Assembly (NCBI GenBank): GCA_965230995.1
Contig: OZ246398.1
Location: 528,213 to 592,212 of the forward strand
Direction: 5' to 3'
Length of the DNA: 64,000 nt
Source: an uncultured Candidatus Saccharibacteria bacterium
Lineage (GTDB): Bacteria > Patescibacteriota > Minisyncoccia > Phycocordibacterales > G965230995
Shown here: piece by piece, positions 1-9,724 of the stretch
Numbering within the stretch: the stretch's first letter is position 1
Layout of the letters: each line of letters starts with the position of its first letter
Notes under the pieces: model-generated
What the model saw: the letters and a program-made list of their open reading frames with translations, nothing else
The model's database searches: none
Told to the model about the DNA's origin: nothing
Translations under genes and position numbers: made by a program

Positions 1-491
1 TTGGTGCGGGTAAAGGATTTGATATTGTGGTTTATATTACTGTCAGTACTGGTGTCGGTGGGGTGAGAATAGTTAATGGAAAAATAGACACAAATAGATT
101 TGGCTTTGAACCAGGTCATCAAATAGTCGATGCAGACGGAACAATGGACAAAACACAGCATAGCCACCTCGGCTTGGGACATTTGGATAATCTAATATCT
201 GGTAAGGCTCTATTTGAATCGACAGGAATACAACCAAAGTGTGTCTCAGATGAAGAATTATGGAAAAGACGAGCAAAAGATTTAGCTGTTGGTTTATACA
301 ATACTATTTTGCATTGGTCCCCAGATGTTGTCGTGCTAGGTGGAAGTATGATTACAGGTAAACCTTGTATAGAAATACCCGAAGTGGAAAAAAATCTAAA
401 AGAATTAATGCAGGCTTTTCCAAAACTTCCCGAAATTAAAATGGCAGAACTTGGAGACGAAAGAGGTCTGATCGGGGCAAGTTTAATATAA
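1..491 (+). CDS. ROK-family sugar kinase/regulator, 5'-truncated at the window edge (reading frame enters at nt 3)
   Basis: In-frame translation from nt 3 (GAGKGFDIVVYITVSTGVGGVRIVNG...) shows the glycine-rich ROK/actin-fold core; C-terminal part ends at the stop at 491. Confidence 0.55.
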   Translation, partial: GAGKGFDIVVYITVSTGVGGVRIVNGKIDTNRFGFEPGHQIVDADGTMDKTQHSHLGLGHLDNLISGKALFESTGIQPKCVSDEELWKRRAKDLAVGLYNTILHWSPDVVVLGGSMITGKPCIEIPEVEKNLKELMQAFPKLPEIKMAELGDERGLIGASLI

Positions 492-503
492 TAAAAATAC
501 GTA

Positions 504-1361
504 ATGAATGTCGGAATAATTATTAAAAAAGACGAAAGAACAGTGATGAGAAGACTTAGGGAAAGCCTGGAAAGTCTTGGTCATGAAGTACGTTATTTTT
601 CTGGTATTCATATAAAAGTAAGCAATCCAGATGTCTCAGTTTTTTCTGATATGGATATTATTTACTATTGGAGTGGTTTGGGGCTGATTTCTCAGACATG
701 TTTGGCTACAATGATAAATGATTCTCTAAAGATTCCATTTGTAAACAAATCTGTTTGGAAAAATCCACTTATGAGGGATAAAATATTTCAAATATTTACA
801 GCAAGAGATTCTGGGATAAAGATCCCAAAAACCCTAATCGGTAATATGCTGTCATTTGAAGAAATCCAAAAGGAACTAGGTATCCCATTTGTTGGAAAAA
901 TATCATCAAATTCATCCCAAGGCAGGGGAGTATGTTTAATTAATTGCCTGGAAGATTTGGAAAAATTTGCCCTAGATTTTTCACAAAGAGAAATGTTATT
1001 TCAAGAATTTGTTGATTACGACGCAGATTTTCGAGTTAATGTAATTGGAGGAAGGGCGGTTTGTGCTTTTGAAAAAGCCCTGAGTGATAGCGATTTTCGA
1101 GCAAATATAAAAGTTCCTGGAATAAAAATATCTGATAGTTCATTAATTAAAAAACTATTTTTGCTTGCAGAAAAAATCACAAAAGAATTTGAAGGGGCAG
1201 ATAACGTTGGGGTTGATTTTATAAGAGACAAAAAAAGCGGAGAGATATATTTTCTAGAGATAAATTCTACACCTTGGCTGGAGGACAAAAAAGATGTGGG
1301 TTACGATACCGCTATGGAGTTAGCGATTTTTCTTGCAGACTTAGCAAAAAACAAAAATTAA
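504..1361 (+). CDS. ATP-grasp ligase, RimK-like (about 285 aa)
   Basis: ATP-grasp hallmarks: DFRVNVIGGRAVCAFEK and VDFIRDKKSGEIYFLEINSTP (the Mg/ATP-binding E-x-N loop); size typical of RimK/LysX/CofF class. Confidence 0.65.
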   Translation: MNVGIIIKKDERTVMRRLRESLESLGHEVRYFSGIHIKVSNPDVSVFSDMDIIYYWSGLGLISQTCLATMINDSLKIPFVNKSVWKNPLMRDKIFQIFTARDSGIKIPKTLIGNMLSFEEIQKELGIPFVGKISSNSSQGRGVCLINCLEDLEKFALDFSQREMLFQEFVDYDADFRVNVIGGRAVCAFEKALSDSDFRANIKVPGIKISDSSLIKKLFLLAEKITKEFEGADNVGVDFIRDKKSGEIYFLEINSTPWLEDKKDVGYDTAMELAIFLADLAKNKN

Positions 1362-2263
1362 TCTATAATTTTCTTACGAAAAATCTTTTTCTTTATTATA
1401 TTTGCAATTTCTTTTGGTACATCTATACCAGTAAAGCTCATAAAGCTTCTTTCTCCGTAAAAACCAGGCTTGACGTTTACCTCGAGTACGTATGGTTTGC
1501 CAGTTATTTCATCACGGAGTATGTCAATTCCAGAAAGACTGGTCTCGCAAGCCTTTGCTGCTCTTAGGGCAATATTTTTTTCCTCTTTTGTTATATCAAT
1601 TTTAGATCCTGTTGCACCCTGAGAGATGTTATGTAGAAAGGTGTCTGACTCTCTTTTCATTGAGCCAATTATTTTATTTTCGAAAACCAGAACCCGGATA
1701 TCAAAATTAGATTTTAATATTTTTTGTACAATGAATAACTCTCCAGAAATTTCCTTCAGTTTATTTTTAAGTTCTTGTTCAGTGTCTATTTTCCATACTT
1801 CTTTTCCATTTGCCCCTTTTTTCTTTAACACAAATGGAAGTGGAATTTCTGACATTATTGTAGATTTATTTGATTCAAAAGATTCCTTTGAACAAATAAT
1901 TGTTTTTGGAAATGGTATTTTAAAGAAAGAAAAAATTGCAGCTTGAGTAATTTTGCTTGTTGCTAGATCGTTATATCGCTGTATCGGTGCGTCTAATTTA
2001 TGTCCCTTTAGACTTAGATATCTATATAGGATAGAAACAAAATCATCTTTCACTCCTCTAAACAAAAAATAACAGTCGTTATAGAAAATCTCGTTGTTCT
2101 TTGAGAACAATCGCATTTTATCATTATCAAAAATCATTACAGAATTTGAAGTCAAAAGTTCAATATATTCTGCTTCGGAAAAAAATGTTGGAAAATACTC
2201 AAACCGATGGTCAGGGTTAATTACAACAACTTTTTTTTGTTTAATGCTGTTCTTTTTGGTCAT
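1358..2263 (-). CDS. ATP-grasp ligase, RimK-like (301 aa)
   Basis: DIRVLVFENKIIGSMKRES..., GIDILRDEITGKPYVLEVNVKPGF motifs; convergent 4-nt overlap with the previous ATP-grasp gene. Confidence 0.65.
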   Translation of the reverse strand: MTKKNSIKQKKVVVINPDHRFEYFPTFFSEAEYIELLTSNSVMIFDNDKMRLFSKNNEIFYNDCYFLFRGVKDDFVSILYRYLSLKGHKLDAPIQRYNDLATSKITQAAIFSFFKIPFPKTIICSKESFESNKSTIMSEIPLPFVLKKKGANGKEVWKIDTEQELKNKLKEISGELFIVQKILKSNFDIRVLVFENKIIGSMKRESDTFLHNISQGATGSKIDITKEEKNIALRAAKACETSLSGIDILRDEITGKPYVLEVNVKPGFYGERSFMSFTGIDVPKEIANIIKKKIFRKKIID

Positions 2264-2264
2264 A

Positions 2265-3554
2265 TTATTTATTTTTTGAAGTCTCTATTTTTATCAAAGA
2301 TTCCAATTTTCTTATATCTGCCAAGAGATCTGATCTTGTCTTGTTAAACAGTGTTACATCAATTACACTTTTTCCTCCATTTTTTGCATATTTAGCTCTA
2401 TCTCCGACAACTTTGTTTACCTTTAGTTTTTTTACAGAATTTAATTCCTTTCCTTTTTTTATTCCAGAAATTGATGTGATATATCCTTCGTTCTTTGCAA
2501 AGAACTGTAATACAGAAGTGTAACCTAAAACTGTTTTAGGAATTATTACAGGCTTGGGAATTCTAACCAAAATATCGTTTGAGTTGTGGTCTATCCCGTA
2601 TGATAGTTTGTACATATCATGTCTAAAACCACCAGGTCTTGGTCCTAATTCAATAACCTTCCAACCTTTTTCTGTCCTCATTAATTCAATGTGTGCTGTT
2701 GAGCTGCGTAATCCCAAGGCGTGTATTGCATCATGACAAACGGAATAGGCTTTCTCTATGTTCTCTTTACTGAGTAGTGTAGGAACAATTCTCTGGTATC
2801 CAAAAAAATCATCAAATCCGATCGTTCGTCCGGTTTTTACGTGAACTGGTGGGCAGTAAGAAACTTTTCCTCTCGAAGTAACATAGGCATCAACAGAATA
2901 CATATCACCATCCATAAATTGTTCTACTAGCACCAATGCTTCTCCGCGTCCGTGCGCGTCTTTATAAACACTTTTTATTTTTCTAAAAACTTTATTCAAT
3001 TCTCTTCGAAGTTCATCCTTATGAAATACGAGATTAACCAAGAGACTTTGCGCTAATCCGCTTGGTTTGATTACTAGTGGATATCCAATTTTTTCTTCGA
3101 TTTTTTTTAGGGTGCTTTCTTTATTATCGTGAACAACCATATATTCAGGAGTGATTTTCCTGTTATATGCTTTAAAACGTCTACGCATCTCAATCTTGCT
3201 TGTTGCCCATTCAAGAGATTTTACTGTTGGGGTTCTTAGGTATGGGACGAATGGTATTATTGTTTGCAAATAGGGTATGTTTGTCTCTGATCTAGATGTG
3301 ACAGCTACCAGTTCTTTATAATATGGTAGGAGGGCCTCTTGAATTGATTTACTTGATTCAAAATTAGCAGGGATTGCTATATCGAACATTTTTGAAACCT
3401 CAACCTGTTCCTTTGTGGCTTTGTTGCTCGGATAAATTATTGCAGTCCTATATTCACCCTTGTTGGCATTTTTAAAATCTACAAATGTTTGTGCAACCGC
3501 TTTTCCTGCAAGTCCAGCGAAAAGAACAATGTCCCTTTTTCCTTGGTCTTTCAT
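2265..3554 (-). CDS. ATP-grasp superfamily enzyme with N-terminal pre-ATP-grasp domain (L-amino-acid-ligase/PurK-like), about 430 aa
   Basis: The tracked ORF runs to 4103, but its first 183 codons are low-complexity antisense of the tsaC gene. The plausible start is the Met at 3554 (MKDQGKRDIVLFAGLAG...). The core has YPLVIKPSGL... ALVLVEQFMDGDMYSVDAYV... WKVIELGPRPGG. Confidence 0.55.
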   Translation of the reverse strand: MKDQGKRDIVLFAGLAGKAVAQTFVDFKNANKGEYRTAIIYPSNKATKEQVEVSKMFDIAIPANFESSKSIQEALLPYYKELVAVTSRSETNIPYLQTIIPFVPYLRTPTVKSLEWATSKIEMRRRFKAYNRKITPEYMVVHDNKESTLKKIEEKIGYPLVIKPSGLAQSLLVNLVFHKDELRRELNKVFRKIKSVYKDAHGRGEALVLVEQFMDGDMYSVDAYVTSRGKVSYCPPVHVKTGRTIGFDDFFGYQRIVPTLLSKENIEKAYSVCHDAIHALGLRSSTAHIELMRTEKGWKVIELGPRPGGFRHDMYKLSYGIDHNSNDILVRIPKPVIIPKTVLGYTSVLQFFAKNEGYITSISGIKKGKELNSVKKLKVNKVVGDRAKYAKNGGKSVIDVTLFNKTRSDLLADIRKLESLIKIETSKNK

Positions 3555-3693
3555 GTTTTTGCCAAATATATAAATTAAAAATGCCCTTGTTGGGCATATG
3601 TATATATTATCTATTTCTAAAAGGGCACTGTCAAGCAAAAAGTGGAAAAGAGAGGATAAAAAATAGGTGCTTGTCAATATCCATTTTTTCGGT

Positions 3694-4278
3694 ATGATAA
3701 TTAATATGTTTAAAAAAGAGGAAATTATAAGGTTAAAAGAGGGTGCATTGGCAGTTATCCCCACAGATACTTTATATGGATTGGTCACTACTACGAGAAA
3801 CAAGACGTCATACGAAAAACTTGTTCGTGTAAAAGGTATCAAACCTGAAAGAGTTGGATTTATTGTTTTAATTCCTGAAATTGAATCTCTAAAAGAGTTT
3901 GGAATTAAGCTTGGTGAATTTGAAGAAAAAATTTGCAAAAAGGCGTGGCCAGGACCATTTAGTATTGAATTTAAAATCAGAAGTGATTTTAAGGAAATGA
4001 CAGGTTTTGACGTCCCTGCATTTAGGGTTCCAAACAACGAAGACTTGCTTGCGCTACTAAAAGAGACAGGGCCTCTCTTTGCTCCTTCAGCAAATATAAC
4101 CAATATGCCACCATCAAAAACAATTTCCGAAGCAAAAAAATATTTTGGTGATCAAGTTGATTTTTATATAGATGCAGGGATTTTGGATAACCCACCATCT
4201 ACTGTAATTGCTTTTGATGGAGAAAAAATAATTATTAAAAGGCAGGGGTCTGGCGATATGCAATCTCTCGGTATTTAA
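3694..4278 (+). CDS. tsaC: L-threonylcarbamoyladenylate synthase (YrdC/TsaC family)
   Basis: IPTDTLYGLVTTT... YrdC signature. Start chosen at an internal Met (3694 or 3706) because the upstream part of the tracked ORF overlaps the divergent promoter region. Confidence 0.65.
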   Translation: MIINMFKKEEIIRLKEGALAVIPTDTLYGLVTTTRNKTSYEKLVRVKGIKPERVGFIVLIPEIESLKEFGIKLGEFEEKICKKAWPGPFSIEFKIRSDFKEMTGFDVPAFRVPNNEDLLALLKETGPLFAPSANITNMPPSKTISEAKKYFGDQVDFYIDAGILDNPPSTVIAFDGEKIIIKRQGSGDMQSLGI

Positions 4279-4296
4279 TATGTTACAATAATATAT

Positions 4297-5073
4297 ATGG
4301 AACCTATAAAAGGAATGAAGCAGATTTTTTTTATTTTCGGAGCAATAGTACTTGCGGTAGCTATATTATTTTCAATTTCATTTTTGCTAAAAAAGGATGA
4401 GGTCGTAGATGATACAAAAAATGACCTACCAAAATCAGGGTTTAAATCATTTGAAGTAGAAAGACCATTTTTTGTTATTGAATCTTCTGGATTTGAATCT
4501 GTTGCGATATATGGCGTGCCAACTGGAACAGATATAAAGGACTCTTCTCATGTTGCTATAGCGACGACGACTCTTGCGACAGAAAAAAACAATGAACAAA
4601 TATGGAAAGGTATGATTCCAAATGAACCAATTCTTCTTTCTGAAATATATGCAGTAGCGGTAGATTCTCTAGGAAATAAGTCAGAGAGATATTACTTTCC
4701 ACTAAAGGGAGCAAGTGATATTTACAATGCATTATGGTTCGAGACTCCATCAGAGGTTTTAGAACTTTTATTAAAAGATACTAAAGAGGTAAATGGAATA
4801 AAATTTGAATTAACAAAAATAATATCTGATAGTAGGTGCGGTGTAGATATTAATTGTATTTCTGCTGGTAGTGTCAAAATTGAAGTCATGGCGAAAGCAT
4901 ATGGAAAAGAAGAAAAGATAACACTGGATAGTATGGATAAAGAAAGCGTCTCTGTGTTTGGTCAAAAAATCACGTTCAAAAAAGTTTTGCCAGAGCGTGG
5001 CAAATCTCAAAGTATAATCAAAGACAGTGAATACAGAATATTTTTGCTGGTAGAACAAGAATCTAAAGAGTAA
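4297..5073 (+). CDS. Hypothetical membrane-anchored protein (N-terminal TM helix, 258 aa)
   Basis: Single hydrophobic helix IFFIFGAIVLAVAILFSISFLL then a soluble domain; no recognisable motif. Confidence 0.35.
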   Translation: MEPIKGMKQIFFIFGAIVLAVAILFSISFLLKKDEVVDDTKNDLPKSGFKSFEVERPFFVIESSGFESVAIYGVPTGTDIKDSSHVAIATTTLATEKNNEQIWKGMIPNEPILLSEIYAVAVDSLGNKSERYYFPLKGASDIYNALWFETPSEVLELLLKDTKEVNGIKFELTKIISDSRCGVDINCISAGSVKIEVMAKAYGKEEKITLDSMDKESVSVFGQKITFKKVLPERGKSQSIIKDSEYRIFLLVEQESKE

Positions 5074-5082
5074 AAAATATTT

Positions 5083-5769
5083 TTATATTTTTTTGTAACC
5101 GCTTCTAACAGGAGATTTCTTGATGGTGTCTATTATTTCGTCCAAATTATCTGTTAGTCTGTACAAATCAATATCAGCTGGGCTTACTGTTTTGTGTCTG
5201 ATTAAGTTGTTTATTATAAAGTCATGAAGAGGCCCCCAAAAATCTTTACCTACAAGGAAAATCGGAACTTTTTCAATTTTGTGTGTTTGCACGAGTGTGA
5301 GTATCTCAAAAAATTCGTCCATAGTTCCAAAGCCACCTGGAAAGAATAAATAGGCTTCGGCAGCAAATGAAAGACAAACCTTTCGGCTAAAGAAATAATT
5401 GAATTCCATACCGTTTGTTACATATCTGTTCATGCCTTGCTCTGACGGTAATTTAATCGACAGGCCCAAAGAATGCCCGTCTTTTTCAAATGCTCCTCTG
5501 TTTGCAGCTTCCATAATTCCTGGACCGCCACCAGAAAGAACAGAATATCCTAATTCTGTAACTATTCTTCCAGCAAGTTTTTTTGCGGTATCGTAATATT
5601 TGTTGTCAGAATCAAATCTGGCCGAACCAAAGAAAGTAACAGATCTCGGGTGACCTTGGATAAAACGGAAACCATTTATAAATTCGCCGGTAATTTTGCT
5701 AATTCTTTTTCCTGCTTCTTTTTGAATTTCTGCTAATGTTAGAGGATCGTATTCGGGTTCATTTTTCAT
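5083..5769 (-). CDS. LOG-family (TIGR00730) nucleotide phosphoribohydrolase
   Basis: GGGPGIMEAANRGA and PGGFGTMDEFFE motifs; probable start at MKNEPEYD (nt 5769) rather than the tracked 5820. Confidence 0.65.
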   Translation of the reverse strand: MKNEPEYDPLTLAEIQKEAGKRISKITGEFINGFRFIQGHPRSVTFFGSARFDSDNKYYDTAKKLAGRIVTELGYSVLSGGGPGIMEAANRGAFEKDGHSLGLSIKLPSEQGMNRYVTNGMEFNYFFSRKVCLSFAAEAYLFFPGGFGTMDEFFEILTLVQTHKIEKVPIFLVGKDFWGPLHDFIINNLIRHKTVSPADIDLYRLTDNLDEIIDTIKKSPVRSGYKKI

Positions 5770-5875
5770 ATATGTTAATTGTAATTTGTAAAGCCTTATT
5801 TGCAAAGGCAAAAGTCCCATAGATTTTTATAGTATTTTATGTTATCGTTTTTTTATATCAGATAATTTTTTTTGT

Positions 5876-6388
5876 ATGGATTTTCTTGCACAGCACAAGC
5901 CGGTATTTATAGGGATAGTTCTCCTTGTTCTTGCCACAAGTGTTTTTTCTCTTTTGAGCAATACTGATGAGAGAAACAAAAAGGCAGCTGTCGTCGAAGG
6001 TATACAAGATTTAGCTACAAATATGAATAGTGAATTAAAAATAGAAGACATTATCGTTGGAACAGGAAAAGAAGCTGTAAGCGGAAAAAATATTGTCGCA
6101 AATTACACTGGAAAATTTATTGACGGAACGATTTTTGATACAAGTCTGGAATCTTCAGCAAAATCAGGTGGTGTTTATAATCCAGCAAGACCATATGAAC
6201 CTTTTGAATTTACTCTCGGAGCAGGACAGGTAATCCAAGGTTGGGACAAGGGCTTTGCAGGTATGAAAGTTGGAGGAAAAAGAATTTTGACCATTCCTTC
6301 TGATTTGGCTTATGGACCAAATGATTATGGTCCAATTCCTGGGGGATCAACACTCGTTTTTGAAGTTGAACTCTTGGACGTAAAGTAA
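5876..6388 (+). CDS. FKBP-type peptidyl-prolyl cis-trans isomerase with N-terminal signal/anchor
   Basis: GKFIDGTIFDTS... FEFTLGAGQVIQGWDKGFAGMKVGGKRILTIPSDLAYG... LVFEVELLDV. Confidence 0.8.
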   Translation: MDFLAQHKPVFIGIVLLVLATSVFSLLSNTDERNKKAAVVEGIQDLATNMNSELKIEDIIVGTGKEAVSGKNIVANYTGKFIDGTIFDTSLESSAKSGGVYNPARPYEPFEFTLGAGQVIQGWDKGFAGMKVGGKRILTIPSDLAYGPNDYGPIPGGSTLVFEVELLDVK

Positions 6389-6392
6389 ACAA

Positions 6393-7604
6393 ATGCAAAA
6401 GCCGATTAGCTTTAAAATTACAAAAGAGCTTTCAGGTGAATTAGGTAGAAGCGCTATTCTTGAAACTCCACATGGGCAGGTGAAAACACCTGCTTTTGTG
6501 GTTGTGGGAACGAAAGCAACCGTTAAAGCAATCACTCCGGAAATGTTAAAAGAAACCGGAGCGCAGGTTGCTTTAGCAAATACATATCATCTATATTTGG
6601 AGCCCGGGGACGAAATTATTGCCAAGGCCGGTGGTTTGCATAAATTTATGAACTGGAATGGTCCTACCATGACTGACTCTGGTGGCTTTCAGGTTTTCTC
6701 TTTGGGCTCGGCATACGGGAAGGGAATATCAAAAATTCTCAAATCAACAGAAAAGGAATTAGCTCTCACTCATATTGAAAACGAAAATGAGATTCCAAAA
6801 ATTGCTCATATAGATAATGACGGGGTAATGTTTAGAGACCACTTGTCAGGAACGGCCCATTATTTCACTCCAGAAAAATCTATCGAGATTCAGCACAATA
6901 TTGGTGCTGATATTATTTTTGCTTTTGACGAATGCACATCTCCAACAGAAAGCAGACACTATCAAATGGAGGCTCTAGACAGAACTCATCGCTGGGCAAA
7001 GAAGTCGCTTGAATATCACAAATCAAAAAACAATTCAGAAAGGCAAGCTTTGTTTGGAATTGTTCAGGGTGGTAGGGATGAAGAATTGCGAAAAGAAAGC
7101 GCCCGTGTAATAGGGGAAATGGATTTTGATGGTTTTGGTATTGGTGGATCATTTGCAAAAGAAGATATGTCCACAGCAGTAAAATGGGTTAATGAAATTT
7201 TGCCAAAAGAAAAACCAAGACACCTTCTTGGGATAGGCGAGCCTCTCGATTTGTTTATGGGTGTTAGAAATGGTGTTGATCTCTTTGATTGTGTTGCTCC
7301 GACAAGGATGGCAAGAAATGGTGGGCTCTATACAAAATTTGGAAAGATAAATATTACAAATAGTAAATACACTGATGATTTTTCTGTAATTGACGAAAGT
7401 TGCGAATGCTATACCTGCAAAAATTATACCAAAGCATATTTAGCACATCTTTTCAGAGCAAAAGAAATGCTCGCGGGTACGCTGGCAACAATTCACAATA
7501 TACATTTTATAGTGAACCTCGTAGAAAAAATGAGGGCATCAATTGAAGATGGAACTTTTAATGAATTGGAAAAAGAGTTTTTCTCCACATACAAAGAAAA
7601 ATAG
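6393..7604 (+). CDS. tgt: Queuine tRNA-ribosyltransferase
   Basis: Zn-binding CECYTCKNYTKAYLAHL and the catalytic region are conserved; length 403 aa. Confidence 0.85.
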   Translation: MQKPISFKITKELSGELGRSAILETPHGQVKTPAFVVVGTKATVKAITPEMLKETGAQVALANTYHLYLEPGDEIIAKAGGLHKFMNWNGPTMTDSGGFQVFSLGSAYGKGISKILKSTEKELALTHIENENEIPKIAHIDNDGVMFRDHLSGTAHYFTPEKSIEIQHNIGADIIFAFDECTSPTESRHYQMEALDRTHRWAKKSLEYHKSKNNSERQALFGIVQGGRDEELRKESARVIGEMDFDGFGIGGSFAKEDMSTAVKWVNEILPKEKPRHLLGIGEPLDLFMGVRNGVDLFDCVAPTRMARNGGLYTKFGKINITNSKYTDDFSVIDESCECYTCKNYTKAYLAHLFRAKEMLAGTLATIHNIHFIVNLVEKMRASIEDGTFNELEKEFFSTYKEK

Positions 7605-7660
7605 AACTTTTGTCATTATTTTGTCCAAAACATTTAAATGATGTATGCTAAAAATCTAAA

Positions 7661-9712
7661 ATGTCGATTTTTAAACTTCATTCTGAATACAAGCCTGCCG
7701 GCGATCAGCCAAAGGCAATAAAAAATCTGCTAGATGGTCTTCAAAAAAAAGAACGCTATCAGACTCTTTTAGGCGTGACTGGATCCGGCAAGACCTACAC
7801 AATGGCAAATGTGATAGAAAAAATTGGCAAACCCACTTTGGTGATTGCTCACAACAAAACTCTTGCTGCTCAGCTTGCCCAAGAATACAGAGAATTTTTT
7901 CCAGAAAACGCAGTACACTATTTTGTCTCATATTATGATTACTATCAGCCGGAAGCATATATACCAGTCACAGATACATACATAGAAAAAGAAGCTCAAA
8001 TAAACGAAGAGATCGAAAGACTTCGACATGCCTCAACACAAGCCTTGCTTACTAGAAAGGATGTGATAATAGTCGCGTCTGTTTCTTGTATTTACGGATT
8101 GGGAAGCCCAGCAGAATACGAAAAAGTACATTTAAAAATTAAAAAAGGTGAAAAATCAGACAGAGCCATTTTAATCAGAAAACTCGTAGATATTCATTTC
8201 GAGAGAACAAATGCCGATTTACTACCTGGTCTTTTTCGAGCAATCGGAAATATGGTCGAAATTATGCCTGTTAACGAAAGAATTATATACAGAATTTCAT
8301 TTTCAAATGGAGAGATTTCAGACATAGAAAAAATTGATGCCATAACCAGAGAAATATTATCTAACGAAAATTTATTTTATCTATTTCCCGCTAAGCATTT
8401 CATTACAGATAAAAATGAAATTGAAAGAGCTATAAAAGATATTCAAGATGAATTAAAGGCCAGATTAAAAGAATTAGAAGACTCCGGAAAAATACTCGAG
8501 GCAGAGAGATTAAAGAGAAGAACTTCTTATGACCTCGCAATGATTCGTGAAATTGGCTACTGCAACGGTATCGAAAATTACTCGCGACATTTTTCTGGCA
8601 AAAAACAGGGCGAAGCTCCAGATACACTGCTTTCATATTTTCCTCACAAAGAAAATGGGGAGCCAGATTTTCTGACTATTATAGATGAATCTCACGTGAC
8701 TGTTCCGCAAATTGGTGCAATGTATGCTGGGGATGCTTCGAGAAAGCAATCTTTGGTTGATCACGGTTTTAGATTGCCATCTGCAAAAGACAATAGACCG
8801 CTGACATTTCCAGAATTTGAAAAAAGAGTCGGACAAGTAATATTTACTTCTGCTACGCCAGGAGATTTTGAAAGAGAAAAATGTCCAAAAATGGTTGAAC
8901 AGATTATCAGACCAACAGGTTTGATTGACCCAGTAATAGACGTAAAGCCAGTTACGGGAAATGAAAATTACAATGGTCAAATAAAAGATTTGATTGAGGA
9001 GTCGCAAAAAGCCATTTCAAAAGGTGGCCGTGTTATCGCCACAACCCTTACAAAAAAGATGGCAGAAGATCTCTGTGATTTTCTAAAGGAAAAGGGTATA
9101 AGCACTGCATATTTGCATAGTGATATAAAAACAATAGAGAGAATAGAAATAATATCTGATTTTAGAAAAGGTAAATACGATATTTTGGTTGGGGTGAATT
9201 TGCTCAGGGAGGGACTCGATATGCCAGAAGTTACTTTGATTGGAATACTTGATGGAGACAAAGAAGGATTTTTGCGATCAGAAACTTCTCTTATCCAAAT
9301 AATAGGTAGGGCAGCGAGAAATTCCCTCGGACGCGTGATTATTTATGCTGATAAAATAACAAAAGCAATAAATTATGCGATAAACGAAACAACTCGCAGA
9401 AGAGAAATACAAAACAAATACAATACAGAAAATAATATCACTCCAAAGACTATAATCAAAAAGATAAACGATATTACAGAGAGTATTAAATCGGAACATC
9501 AAAAAACTGTTTCTTCTTTGGTTGCTATCGATAAAACATTAAAAGGGGGTGATATTAAAAAAGTTATTGCAATGAAGGAAAAGCAGATGAACGGTGCAGT
9601 AAAGATATTAGATTTTGAAAGCGCCGCTATTTTGAGAGATGAGATTGCAGAGCTCTCAAAACTTCTTCCACAGGAAAAGCAGAAAAAAACTATCAAACGA
9701 AAAGCTTCGTGA
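7661..9712 (+). CDS. uvrB: Excinuclease ABC subunit B
   Basis: GVTGSGKTYTMANVI Walker A, helicase motifs, C-terminal UVR domain (AAILRDEIAELSK). Confidence 0.9.
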   Translation: MSIFKLHSEYKPAGDQPKAIKNLLDGLQKKERYQTLLGVTGSGKTYTMANVIEKIGKPTLVIAHNKTLAAQLAQEYREFFPENAVHYFVSYYDYYQPEAYIPVTDTYIEKEAQINEEIERLRHASTQALLTRKDVIIVASVSCIYGLGSPAEYEKVHLKIKKGEKSDRAILIRKLVDIHFERTNADLLPGLFRAIGNMVEIMPVNERIIYRISFSNGEISDIEKIDAITREILSNENLFYLFPAKHFITDKNEIERAIKDIQDELKARLKELEDSGKILEAERLKRRTSYDLAMIREIGYCNGIENYSRHFSGKKQGEAPDTLLSYFPHKENGEPDFLTIIDESHVTVPQIGAMYAGDASRKQSLVDHGFRLPSAKDNRPLTFPEFEKRVGQVIFTSATPGDFEREKCPKMVEQIIRPTGLIDPVIDVKPVTGNENYNGQIKDLIEESQKAISKGGRVIATTLTKKMAEDLCDFLKEKGISTAYLHSDIKTIERIEIISDFRKGKYDILVGVNLLREGLDMPEVTLIGILDGDKEGFLRSETSLIQIIGRAARNSLGRVIIYADKITKAINYAINETTRRREIQNKYNTENNITPKTIIKKINDITESIKSEHQKTVSSLVAIDKTLKGGDIKKVIAMKEKQMNGAVKILDFESAAILRDEIAELSKLLPQEKQKKTIKRKAS

Positions 9713-9724
9713 TATAATTTCTAT

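Noticed and set aside
1016-1567. Antisense and overlapping small ORFs (1016-1288 -, 1274-1567 +) within the ATP-grasp genes; similar antisense ORFs lie inside uvrA, dnaK and leuS
   Set aside because: They lie inside well-supported genes on the opposite strand or in another frame, with no motifs.
3555-4103. N-terminal 183 codons of the tracked 612-aa minus-strand ORF
   Set aside because: Low-complexity sequence antisense to tsaC, with no ATP-grasp similarity. The real start is the Met at 3554.
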